Positions 50,158-62,800 of a DNA stretch of 64,000 bases are shown piece after piece. The stretch comes from Lingula anatina (taxonomy: Eukaryota; Animalia; Brachiopoda). Below the pieces are notes generated by a model. It ran no database searches and had not been told where the DNA came from. It saw only the letters and a program-made list of their open reading frames with translations. The translations under genes were made by a program, and so were the position numbers. Where the stretch lies: positions 29,717,967-29,781,966 of the forward strand of contig CM120640.1 in the NCBI GenBank assembly GCA_051362555.1, in the 5' to 3' direction. How positions within the stretch are numbered: position 1 is the first letter of the stretch; each line of letters starts with the position of its first letter.

Positions 50158-51799
50158 CGCTGGGTCATTTCAAAATGAGTTCAACTTTGTGCCCCAGTTT
50201 GTGCGTGGAAGAAGGAAGAATAAATGTTTTTCTGCATTATGAGTGGGATATTGACTGGTTCTTTTATCGTCAAAAACTTTCTGCAAATAAATAAATAAAT
50301 AAATAAATAAACGATACTAATTCATCTTCATTAAAGGCGACATTCGTGTTGTGGTTGAGGTAAGTGGTTTAATTTTTGCGGGACTAAATGTTAGCAAAGA
50401 CCTGTCTTAATAAGATAAGTGGATGGGAAAGAAAAATATAACTTTTAACAAAAATATTACTATCTTACTTAACAAACGTTGGCCTCTGTAAATGCATATA
50501 GTAGGCCATAAAAACCGATTTTTAACCATTTACCTAAAATATCTTGTTAAACGGTTTTCCTCATCTACTGATACGGATTGTTGAAATTGTAATATAAAGT
50601 TTTTCATGAATCTTTCAAACGTAGTATTACTTGTAAGATATACTATCAACAGACAAGACCCTATGCATTTTTCACTTGTGTCTTACATGTACGACAAGAC
50701 ACAACACCACATACAATGAGGGATTTTGTCATGATTTGGTCACTTATTCAGTGGATCTAAGAGGGAGGGGTTCACGTGCCCCTCCCTTTATACCTATAAC
50801 TTCTGAAATACACATTTTCCCAATCCCACCCCTCTTCCATGCACATTTGTACTTCTTCTAGCTATTCTCAGATCAAAGTAAAATGATATTATAAGTAATT
50901 GTAAAGTAAGTTACTCTACTAAATTTGACATCTACTAAAAACATTTTTTTTACACGCGGTATATTTTGGCTTCTGTCCTGTCTCAACATGGTTGTGACGA
51001 CAACCACAGATTTCCTGGAAATGTGCTAGATGTGACAAGCCCTTGGCAGCTGTAAATATGTACATATATCAACGGTTTTTAACCATTTATCTCAATAAAG
51101 AATACCGTTAAAATGTTTTAATGCATGTCTCTTGGCACTTTGGTTCCTCATCTACCGATCCGAAATAAAGGAAGACAAATGTAGAATGAAGTTGTTCATA
51201 AATCTGTAATACTTGCAATGTACATGTATAATATCATAACGCGAGACACAGTGTATTTTATATGTGTGTCATACTACACTGTTTTACATTTGCCGAGCGA
51301 AGAGAGAGATATTTTTATCCTACGTCACCCTTTCTCTTTCAACACAAAGTCTTAGATTCCCGAGTGAGAATTTTTTCTTTTCGTTGAGGTACATTCTATT
51401 TCACTAAAAACTGGAACCCAAAGTGATGTTAGCTGGTACTTCACGACAACCATGATTATATTTTTAACCAAATATGTTTATCACGAGTGTTGCATCTGAA
51501 TTTTCTTGATTATTCATTTCATGTGTTCATAGAAAGTTGATTTTCAGATAACTGTTTAGTCTGCAATAAAAATGATAAATATAAATCATGCAATTAATTT
51601 TTAGAAACGAGATAAATGAGTATGCTCTTAGTTAAGAGTAAAAATAAAGTCAACTGGTAATTTACTGCATTTGGATGGCAGAAAAAAATAAAAACATGCA
51701 GTCACATATATGATCCCTGAATTTGACAGTTTTTTTTATTTTCTACCGCTATGAATTGCAAAACCTTGTCATTTTAAACTTGTTTTCCAACTAGTCATT

Positions 51800-52030
51800 G
51801 TAAATGACGGCAAATTTTACAAACATGATGCCTACATGTGAGAGATAGGACGTTCTTTAACAGAAAGAATCACTGAACATTAAAATTCCATCAAAAAACG
51901 TGATAAAAAATCTGCCCTCAGCCAACACCAGGAACAGACAGGGCATTGTATAACATCAACAACCATAGAGGACATAAAAATCTTGGAAAGAGAGCCACGA
52001 GATCTACACCGGAAAGTTCTTGAAGCAATG
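51800..52030 (+). mobile_element. Penelope-like element GIY-YIG endonuclease relic
   Basis: YM*EIGRSLTERITEH*NSIKKRDKKSALSQHQEQTGH…IKILEREPRDLHRKVLEAM matches the YIGETGR.L..R..EH…SAL..H…KIL..E…R…EA pattern. Confidence 0.8.
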
Positions 52031-52109
52031 TAACATCCGCTTACATGGGGCCAAGTTGAAGAGGAATAGTATAGTATAGTTGTTCTCAAAAATGCATAGT
52101 AGGTGCAAT

Positions 52110-52405
52110 CAGTGGCGGATTTAGGGGGGGGGGGGGTCAGGGGGGTCCAGACCGCTCCTTCGGTTTCTGAAAAATATATCGCTCCTCTTGAGAATAGCAT
52201 CTTGACTAACTAAATAATAGTCCTAAACCGTACAAAAGGACACTGTTTGCTCTCCAAAACAAAAAAACAAAACAAAAAAATGTCGGGGTCCTTCAGCAGG
52301 GCCTGAACCCCACGCCAAGGGGGCTATGGTCGGCTTCGCATCAGAGCTCCCCCCCCCCCCCCCCCCCCCCCCCCCCCATTTCAAACAATCCTGGATCCGC
52401 CCCTG
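52110..52405. mobile_element. hAT MITE with 8-bp TSD
   Basis: TIR cagtggcggat / atccgcccctg. TSD ggtgcaat at 52102-09 and 52406-13. Confidence 0.9.
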
Positions 52406-54647
52406 GGTGCAATTACATGTATAGTAGGGCCTAAAATAAAGCTTAGTTAGCTCGGACCCACCCTAAATGAATGGGCACACCCCTTTTAGTAGACCAAAAA
52501 AAAATGTTACCCCCCGCCCCACTTTCTCTAGCCCCACCCCGTACTTTATGATGATCATCATTATCCCGATCCTCCGCATATCGAAGATCGTATGCACACT
52601 CCATGGAGCAAGCCCCTCCACTTCTTTCTATCAACTGCCGTCCACGTGACCTCTGTTAAACTTTTTGTTGTCCATTTTTGTATGTTGGTTTTTCATCCAA
52701 ACCTTGGCCAGCCACGTTTTCTCTTTATTGGAACGCTTAGAAATGTTGATGTAAACAACTCTAATTTTTCCAATCGCAACTGAATAAAATATAGACCTGT
52801 ATAAGCACCTCAACATTAGGAATCGTTCATTTATAAAAAGAAAAAAGGATATAGAAAAGATATAAGTAAAGTAACAGTGTGTAGAGGGTAAACGTTGTCT
52901 GGATAGGGCATACACGTAAAACACATTGGAGTATTGTGGAGGGGGGGGGGGCGTGCACTCAGACCCTTATGGCTGTTACTAAATTCATCCCAGGAGCGAG
53001 TCGAGCAATGATTCGTAATTAGAAAAAAACTCTTGGTGAATAATTGATTTAGTAGCTTCAATTTTATTTTACTATTATTAATATTAATTATCAATCGATT
53101 TAATATCAAAATACAGATTAATCAAAATCACCACCTTTGAAATCTCTGATTTGAGCATCACTTCCTGTCAGCTTTATTTCTAAAGACAATCTCATTTGCA
53201 TGTAAGAGAAAAAATCCGTTTTTATCTTCTGCTGGGTCCTTTACATATTTTTTCATTATTTTTAAAAAGTATTGTTCCTTTTTTACTGACACATTTATAG
53301 ATATATGTGTATGTTTAATAATCATATAATCATAAAAACAACATATTCCAGGCGTGTATGACGTAATCTCTCCCAAGTCAGAAAAGTAGTAAAATAGCGA
53401 TGACTGGTGAAGTAGGTCAATTGCCCGTGTTATTCTCCCATACGATTATTGATTTTTTCTAACGTGGAACATTTTAGGGGGAGGATGAAGAGAGAGAGAG
53501 GGTCAAATTACCAAAAATATTTGGCATGCCTAGAATAACTGAAAGCAGAATATACTGCAAATTTAAGGAAAGCTAATAAATAAAATCCATTAATTCAATT
53601 TCAGTGAGTACAAATTTACAGATATTATGAGATCTTTGTATTTCATCTGCATCTCCCTAAAATGGCGCTGACCGCGTTAACTCTTCCGCTCCCGGGAAAC
53701 GCAGAGAATCCAACGCCTGGTGGCAGCATAAGACCCGACAACGATACCGGATACGTGCACACAGTAGCTGGGGTGGCTTAGGAGGGGGTTAACCCCCCAC
53801 CCCCCCAACACACACATTTTCCAAACACGTTAGTATTCAGCGGAGAGAGTGTTGTGGACTTACATTATATACTTTCCCTCAGCTCGCGGAAGACCGTACC
53901 AGGGACACTCAGGTAAACTGATTAGATATGTGGTCAGCAGTGAACTGGATGCGATGGTCAGTGTCACTGTCAGTGGGTTATATTGATATTATTATAAAAA
54001 ATCTATTTGGTATCAATGCTATGTTTATCTATCATCAGTATCTTTCTGGGTTCAGGCATGGGATTTCTGTCACCAGATTTCTGTTATGTCTAAAAATTCG
54101 CTCTGGGACTCTGTGCAGATAGGATGTAAAAATCAGTGAGAGGAATAGAAAAGCTTTTTTCCCCCGGGACCACTTTTCCATGTTTTGAAATCAACATATT
54201 TAATTCTAAGTCGGCAGAACTGTTAACTTTTGAAATGCATTCTTTTATTTTGGTGAAAAAAATTTTTAACCAGTACACTAACACATATAGCTGTATTGTC
54301 ACATGCCTGTGGACAGTGTCCAGATAGCTAGCCACAGTTTACACCTAATGACAGCATCCACGTCTTAGAATAGATGTTATAGTTAGGAACATGTGACATG
54401 ATTATATTTTAATGTTTTGATGCAAGAATATCATTTTCTTTTCTTCAGTTATCCTACAAATGTACACATATTTTGTTGATAAGAAAAACTTTGATTTCTT
54501 TTTACAGAGGATTTAAATTTGACCTTGTTTGATTTATATTTATTGCCTTATCAACAAATATTTGTAAATGGAGAAGTTATTTGCTTTTAAAAAATGATAT
54601 GATTGTTAAGATAAACTTTTTTTTCAAATCTGCTTCATAATTTTCTG

Positions 54648-54735
54648 GAAGTTGACTCTAAATGACAGCGTTGATGTTTGTGACAAAATGATTGATGCAG
54701 ATGTGTTGAATCCATTGTTTGCTCTGCAAAAAGAG
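54648..54735 (+). pseudogene. HEATR3: Isolated HEAT repeat-containing protein 3-like exon
   Basis: 88 nt encoding (R)KLTLNDSVDVCDKMIDADVLNPLFALQKE, then gt. Resembles recalled human HEATR3 [30 protein letters not shown]. The acceptor reads ttttctg rather than ttttcag. Neighbouring exons not recognised. Confidence 0.6.
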
Positions 54736-55068
54736 GTACTAGTAAATTCATATTCCTTATCTAAAAATAATGTCTTATTTTCAGTAAATTGTTATAAATT
54801 TTGTAAAAGGTGCTGAAATGTCAAACTTATTATAAAATGTTTATTACAGCATATAAAGTCTTGCACACTGTAGGCATTTGAAAATTACCTTAAGTCTATG
54901 TTTCTGTCTGTGTATCCTTTAAACATCTTTCCTCATTCAGTTCTGATCTTTAAAAGAGGTTGACAGTATAATATGATTTAACCCAAAGGTGAAATGAAGT
55001 CCCAGTGAACTGTACTGTGGGATATTTTTATTCCTCAAAAGACAATTGCAATCTCTCTAGGCTGCTTT

Positions 55069-55674
55069 CACCCTGAGCTTCAGAGCTAACTTGACACTAA
55101 CCTTTTCACTGTAGCCTATTCTCCATCGTGTCAAGTAACCTCTGACCACATTCGATTGCCCCCGCCGCCCGCCAATCAAATTTAAAGCCCGCACTCAATG
55201 ACTCATTGAACGATCTAGCCAATGAACGTGAACGAGTCAAAGCGCGCTTTGTTCAAATCCGGACCAATCAAAGATAAGGCTGAATATCAGGGACTTGCCG
55301 TAACCTGTGGGCAGCACGCAAAATACATCATCCCTCAGTAGATAATGATGCAGGGCATCAAACTGCTCTGGTTTCAATTCCGATATACTCCATGCTTTCT
55401 TTGTGTACGGTTATGCACTCGGAACTACTCGGATGTCTCCGCACTCGACAATAACTATGTTGTTAGTATGGAGCTTGCGGAATCAGCCGAGGATTGCCGA
55501 TTGACGATCAACCAATCAGCGTTTTCACCAAACTTTGGTGAAAAATTTTGAAACATGGATTCGATTGGCTTATATAAACTAGGTCAAACTATTTTCGTCA
55601 GAGGTTACTTGACACGATGGAGAATAGGCTACAGTGAAAAGGTTAGTGTCAAGTTAGCTCTGAAGCTCAGGGTG
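55069..55674. mobile_element. 606-bp MITE with ~78-bp perfect TIRs and 8-bp TSD
   Basis: caccctgagcttcagagctaacttgacac…gtgtcaagttagctctgaagctcagggtg. TSD gctgcttt at 55061-68 and 55675-82. Confidence 0.92.
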
Positions 55675-56469
55675 GCTGCTTTGGGCTCTCATTAACATGT
55701 TAATTTCTGGTCGGTGAAATTTTATGAGTTTTTGACAGAAGTGATTGATTTATGATAGTTTTTCATTATCATATAGGGATGGGTTTGTCTTTGTTGTGCA
55801 TTTGGCATCACCTTAAAATGTGTTGTAGTCTCAGTGGACCACTGTGTAACTTTACATGTTGGAAAGGATAGGTGAACCATTGTCTAGTGTGGTATAAGCA
55901 TGGTTGTCCCTTTATTTACTTGTGCACATTATGGAAAAGTGATTGTGATTTTGCTGGCAAACAAAGTAATATTACATAAAAATTGACAACAAACCTGTTT
56001 TGTACATTGTTGAATTATTATTATCTGCTTTATGACAGTATATTTAACAGCTTTGCTGCCTTGTTTTCATAATGCTTGTCATTCAGTTAAGCAATGTCAT
56101 ACTTTCTCAAACAAAAATCAAATATCTCTTCTTTGAACTTGGTTCTTGCTAATTAAACCTCTGCAGTTCATATATCCTATTTTAATGTTTGTCATATATA
56201 CGTACATTACACAACATATAATGCAACATATACACAATGAATGGGTCAAAGTTATGAGGGATCGAAGAAAATCATTTTGGTAACTTTACCACCGCATAAC
56301 ACCAGATAGAACTTTGCCTCACATTGGTTTCTCTTGTTGTGTTAAAAGAATGAACATTTAAATAACAATAATTGCTGTTTTATAATGGAAAGACATTGGA
56401 AATTGTGATTTCAACTGTTGTGGTTGTATTATACATAGGGACCATTCAGAATGAGAAGAGCCCAGTGCT

Positions 56470-56601
56470 AGCCAGCCCATGACCTAAATATGGCGGACCT
56501 ACATGAAAGGAAGACCGCTTCATCCTGTTATAGTCTCTCCACCTCTTAAATGCCTCCCTGTGCATCGTTTCTGCAGGGCCACAGTAATTTAATCTCAGTT
56601 C
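56470..56601 (+). mobile_element. Diverged TIR relic of the 19874-20428 Harbinger-like family
   Basis: tgacctaaatatggcggacctacatgaaagg…tagtctctccacctc…acagtaatttaatctc aligns with 19916-20020. Confidence 0.7.
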
Positions 56602-56611
56602 AATTCAACCA

Positions 56612-57765
56612 GTTGCAGTTGCATTATGGGAATACATTGAGCATTGTGACATCAACAATTGCATTTGCATTATGGGAATACATTGAACATTGTGACATCA
56701 ACAATAGCATTTGCATTATGGGAATACATTGAACATTGTGACATCAACAATAGCATTTGCATTATGGGAATACATTGAGCATTGTGACATCAACAATAGC
56801 ATTTGCATTATGGGAATACATTGAACATTGTGACATCAACAATTGCAATTGCATTATGGGAATACATTGAGCATTGTGACATCAACAAATGCAGTTGCAT
56901 TATTGGAATACATTGAGCATTGTGACATCAACAAATGCAGTTGCATTATGGGAATACATTGAGCATTGTGACATCAACAAATGCAGTTGCATTATGGGAA
57001 TACATTGAGCATTGTGACATCAACAATTGCATTTGCATTATGGGAATACATTGAGCATTGTGACATCAACAAATGCAGTTGCATTATGGGAATACATTGA
57101 GCATTGTGACATCAACAATTGCATTTGCATTATGGGAATACATTGAGCATTGTGACATCAACAATTGCATTTGCATTATGGGAATACATTGAGCATTGTA
57201 ACATCAAAATTTGCATTTGCATTATGGGAATACATTGAGCATTGTGACATCAACAAATGCAGTTGCATTATGGGAAGACTTTGAACATTGTGACATCAAC
57301 AATTGCATTTGCATTATGGGAATACATTGAGCATTGTGACATCAACAATTGCATTTGCATTATGGGAATACATTGAACATTGTGACATCAACAAATGCAG
57401 TTGCATTATGGGAATACATTGAACATTGTGACATCAACAATTGCAGGTGCATTATGGGAATACATTGAGCATTGTGACATCAACAAATGCAGTTGCATTA
57501 TGGGAATACATTGAGCATTGTGACATCAACAATTGCAGTTGCATTATGGGAATACATTTAGCATTCTGACATCAACATTGTGACATCAACAATTGTGGAT
57601 ACATTATTGGAATACATTGAGCATTGTGACATCAACAATTGCAGTTGCTGCTTGCATTATGGGAATACATTGAGCATTTCAACATCAACAGCTGCTGCTG
57701 TATTTTGGTAAGAGATTGAACATTGTGACATCAGCAAGTGGTGTTAGATTATTGAGAATACATTG
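56612..57765. repeat. 46-bp minisatellite, about 24 copies, degenerating at the 3' end
   Basis: Unit gcattatgggaatacattgagcattgtgacatcaacaattgcattt starts at 56621, 56667 and onward. Confidence 0.95.
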
Positions 57766-58307
57766 CTTTTTTCACTTGCTTAGTATATTATTCAATCATA
57801 TTGTTTATCAATCATATTGTAATATTTTTACTGTTTTATGTACAGATACATCGTGCCTGTAAATGTACCCATCACTTGCATCTGTTGTTGTTGCCCCCAA
57901 CATTTCTGTTGTCGCTGTGCACTTTCATTGTCAATAAGTGGAAAACTGGTAGATCTGTTGTCTTCTAACTGGCAGAACTGAAGAACATTCATGATATACT
58001 GGCAGAATTCAAAAATTGGCATGATCCCACCAATTTTTTTTCAAAGGTTAATCTTTTTTTTTTCACTTTTATCAGCATGTATGCAATATAAGCAACACAT
58101 TTCAAGGAAAACCAATAGGCTTTTTGTTTTCAAACCTTCAGGAGTGATTAGTATTATTGTTATGCGTTTTTTTTTTTTGGTTTGTTTTGTTTGTTTGTTT
58201 TTTGGCATGTATTATTATACATGGGCAGATCCAAGATTATTTGAAGGGGTGTCTGCAGATGTAATGTCGACCTTCCCCCCCCTCCCCCCTGCGCAACATA
58301 TACACAC

Positions 58308-58760
58308 TGTTGTGTATAAGTAGGTCAGCTTATGACGTCACCATATCGCGAGAGCATGAGTATCTCGAGAGCGTTAGTTTAGAGAGACGCTGGAGTATGA
58401 ACGGATAGGAGACTGAGTTTTGTTTTGGGACTTTTGAAGGAGAATATTTTTATTTGGAACCTATATACCACTGAACCGACACTCATATTTTCTACTGGAA
58501 CTTGCATCGTAATTACTGTGGGATTTCATCGGACACTTTCACTGAACTTTGAGCCGATTTATCTCCATTCAATCTCCAGTCGACGGATTCACATCGGACT
58601 TTCACACAGGACACTTCATGCTTTCAGATAGATTTATTTGTGTATTAAGAATAGCTTATTGTTATTGTCATTAGTTTATTTAGTTTTAATAAAATATTAA
58701 AACTTCTTTAAATCTTTTGTCATTGATTTTTGCTGGCATTGGGTACTCTGACCCGTAACA
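58308..58760 (+). repeat. 5' LTR (453 bp, TGTT…AACA)
   Basis: First 126 nt identical to 63875-64000. aataaa at ~58688. Ends gtaaca just before the PBS. Confidence 0.9.
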
Positions 58761-58764
58761 GAAT

Positions 58765-58782
58765 TGGGGGCTCGTCCGGGAA
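58765..58782 (+). promoter_or_regulatory. Primer binding site complementary to the tRNA-Pro 3' end
   Basis: tgggggctcgtccggga matches 17 nt of the canonical tRNA-Pro PBS TGGGGGCTCGTCCGGGAT. Confidence 0.9.
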
Positions 58783-58854
58783 TTTAGATTTTCTTATCGG
58801 TAGCAATTTTTGTGTGCAAATTTACTACAGTAGCCAGCAGAAATCAATTCCACC

Positions 58855-59817
58855 ATGGTATTCTCTGTCACCGAATTTCTCCAATCTCCTACGGTGGAAG
58901 ACTTTGAAGCTTTGAAAAAAGATGAGTTAGTTGCCATAGCTTTACATTTCAATTTAGTTGTGAAATCATCCATGAAAAAACAAGAGATTAGAGGAATAGT
59001 AGTGAAGAAACTTGTAGCTGAACAAATATTTAAGTCTGATGATTTACCGCCAATAGTTAAGGCAGAAACCAACATTTCAGAGTATGAATTTGAACTGGAG
59101 AAGTTAAGAATAGATAGACAGTTTCAGTTAGAAAAAGAAAGGTTAGAAAGAGAAAGAGAAGAAAGAGATAAAGATAGGCAGTTTCAGTTGGAAAAACTAA
59201 GATTAGAGCACAGTGAAAGATCAACTTCACATGTCAGGTATGAATTTGATGCGGCAAAGAACATTAGGTTAGTTCCTAAATTCCAAGAAAAATCAGTTGA
59301 TAAATTTTTCCCACAATTTGAAAAAATTGCAGAACATCTCCAATGGCCGTTTGAAGTATGGCCCACACTTTTACAAAGTGTTTTGGTAGGGAAAGCTGCT
59401 GAGGTGTATTCAGCTCTCAGTTTAGCAGAAAGCTCAGATTATGAAAAGGTGAAATCGGCTATTTTAAAGGCATATGAATTGGTGCCAGAAGCTTACAGAC
59501 AAAAATTTAGGAAACAGAAGAAAATAGAAACTCAGACTTACGTAGAATTTGCTAGAGAGAAAGAAGACTTATTTGATAAGTGGTTTAGATCCAAAAAGTG
59601 TGAAAAGAATTTTGCAAATTTACGTCAACTTATTCTAGTACATGGGCGTAACTAGGCATACGCACGGATGCACTGTGCGTACAATTTTTTTGCCAACCAT
59701 GATATTATTTTATATAAATTTAGTGTATTTTTCACGGAATATAAAAGATAATCCTCTGCTTATTAAAGTCACCTGTATGTACAAATCCTCTGTATCAATT
59801 GTAAAGGCACAATTGTT

Positions 59818-59849
<32 letters not shown>

Positions 59850-62800
59850 CAGTAAAGAAATACAAGTGCGTACAATTTTTAAAGGTCTGGTTACGCCCCT
59901 GTAGTAGAAGAGTTTAAGGAATGTGTTTCCCAAGATCTAAAAATCCATTTAGAAGACAAGAATGTTGAAACTCTTGAGCAAGCAGCAGTTATTTCGGATT
60001 CATACGCACTAACCCATAAGAAAAACTTTGTACCTACATGTAGATCTCAGTCTCCCATCCAGTCTCCCAAAAATAATATTCTCTGTCCCAAGTCATCACA
60101 TTACAGTGGTTCCACAACCCCACAGCCGGGTCGTTTTGAGTCACCTCAAACTGTAGGGTCATCCCCAACTTGCAATTACTGCAAGAAAAAGGGTCATCTC
60201 ATTGGTGAATGTATCAAACTTAAGATGAAAAATGACCTTCTAAAGCGACAGACAAATGCCTGTGCAGCTTTAAGAAATGACAGGAAAGCCTTAGATTTGT
60301 TACGTGCTGACACTCCTGATGTCCAGGATTCAAAGTCCAGTTTTGTTGATTCTGTGGAGGATCATTATAAGCCCTTTTTGTCTCAGGGATTTGTTTCACT
60401 CAGTGATTCTAGCAAAGCTTTACCTGTTCAGATTTTGAGAGATACTGGAGCTGCCCAGACTCTGCTGTTAGAGGGCGTGTTGCCTTTGTCTGAGGAGACG
60501 TCTATTGGTAGTTCATTTTTTGTTACAGGGTGTTGAGCTAGGTGTCATTGATGTTCCCCTTCACAGAGTTTATCTGAAGTCAGATTTAGCTACTGGACCA
60601 GTTATTGTAGGTGTTCGACCTACTCTTCCCATTCAAGGCGTTTCCTTGTTGCTAGGCAACGATTTAGCAGGTGGTAAAGTGATACCTAATCCCATTGTTT
60701 GTGAGAAAACAATTTCTGATGTCATTTCTGATGATGAGGAAGACGACTTGTACCCAGCCTGTGTTGTTACGAGGGCAATGGCTTCAAAACAAAAGGCTGA
60801 GGCTGATGGTACTCTAGCTAGTAGTGGATAAAGCTGATCCACTTAAAGAAATTTCACTTAGTGAAACGTTTATGACAACCATTGATGACAGTTTACCTGT
60901 AGAGTCATATGAAACCAAAGTGCCAGTTGACATTGATGTGTCTCTGAAGGCATCTAGTGTTGAGTCTGATTTGTCATTTGACAAGGGTAAGGACGCCCTC
61001 AGTCGTGAACAGTTACTGTTGGAACAAAGTAAAGATCCAGATATTGTCAGACTTACTAAAAGAGCTCTTCCAATGGAAGAAACAGCAAAAGTCGGAGAGT
61101 GTTTTTACCTCAAAGACAACATCCTTATGCGAAAATGGCGTCCACCTGATGCATCAGCTGACGAGGTGTGGTGTATTATTCACCAGGTAGTGGTTCCTGT
61201 AGTATATCACAAGGATATCATGAGTTTAGCTCACGACACCCCTATGGCAGGTCATTTAGGTGTAAATAAGACCTGTATCAAAATTTTGAGTCATTTTTAT
61301 TGGCCAAAGTTGAGAAAGGATGTGTCTGAGTTTTGCAAGTCTTGTCATGTATGTCAGATGGTAGGAAAACCAAATCAGAAAATACCATCTTTTCCCCTGC
61401 AACCCATTCCAGCCTTTGAGGAACCTTTTAGTAGGGTGTTAGTTGATTGTGTAGGACCTTTGCCTAAAACTAGGTCAGGGAATCAGTATTTACTTACCAT
61501 AATGTGTACTTCCACTCGGTTCCCTGAAGCTATACCTCTGAGGAATATTAAAGCAAAGACCATAGTTAAGGCCCTTGCGAAATTTTTCTGTTTTGTAGGT
61601 ATCCCCAAGGCTATTCAGTCAGACCAGGGCTCAAACTTTATGTCAGGATTGTTTCAGCAGGTCATGCATGAATTAGGTATTAGGCAGTACAAGTCTTCTG
61701 CTTACCACCCTGAGTCTCAAGGTGCACTGGAGCGATTTCACCAGACCCTCAAAACCATGATAAAAACACATTGTTACCAGAATGAAAAGGACTGGGATGA
61801 AGGGGTTCACCTTGTGTTGTTTGCTGCACGAGAAGCTGTGCAGGAGTCCCCGGGGTTCAGTCCCTTTGAATTAGTGTTTGGTCATACTGTCAGGGGACCA
61901 TTGAAATTATTGAAGGAGAAATGGTTGACTGAGACTAGTGATCTCAATCTTTAATACTATGTGTCTACTTTCAAAGAAAGATTATTCAGTGCTTGTAAAT
62001 TAGCTCAAGAAAATCTCAAGGGTTCTCAAGCAAAAATGAAAACATGGTATGATAAAGATGCTAGGAAGAGAGAGTTCAAACCAGGTGAAAAAGTACTGGT
62101 ATTTTTACCTCTCAATGGTCAACATTTACAAGCCAGATATTTTGGCCCTTACGAAATTGAAAGCAAGATTAGTGATGTTAACTATGTAGTTAAGACACCA
62201 GGCAGGCGAAAAGAAAAGCGAGTGTGTCATGTTAACATGTTGAAAAAGTATGTTGATAGAAGTGATTTTAAGTCAGTAGAATCTGTTTCAGCTGTGACCA
62301 ATGTTAAGTCATGTACTGAAAATGAAATTGGTGTGGACACCAGTGAAAATGACTTTAATCAAAGTGCTTATTTGAAGAATTCCGAAATCCTGAGAGACCT
62401 TGATGTGAAACTTGAACATTTGACCAGTCATCAGAAAGAAGAGGTTCAACGATTGATTACTGACTACCAGGATATTTTCCCTGATGTTCCAAAAAAGACG
62501 AATGCTGCTCTTCATGACGTCAGTGTAGGGGATGCTCAGCCTATCAAACAGCACCCATACAGACTGAATCCAATAAAGCTTCAGTATCTGAGAAAGGAAG
62601 TTCAATATATATATGCTGGAAAATGACATTATTGAACCAAGCAGTAGTGACTGGAGTTCACCATGCATTCTTGTCCCAAAGTCAGATGGAACTTATCGCT
62701 TTTGCACAGATTTCCGCAAAGTAAATTCTGTTACCAAAACAGACTCCTATCCTATCCCACGAATTGATGATTGCATAGATAGAATTGGCAGTGCGAAATT

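Noticed and set aside
56612-57765. CRISPR-like array
   Set aside because: Units are contiguous 46-bp repeats with only point variants. No unique spacers, no cas genes, eukaryotic context.
1021-58000. The many 60-130 aa ORFs in the track
   Set aside because: Most have no recognisable motifs, overlap microsatellites or repeats, or are antisense to transposon ORFs, as expected by chance.
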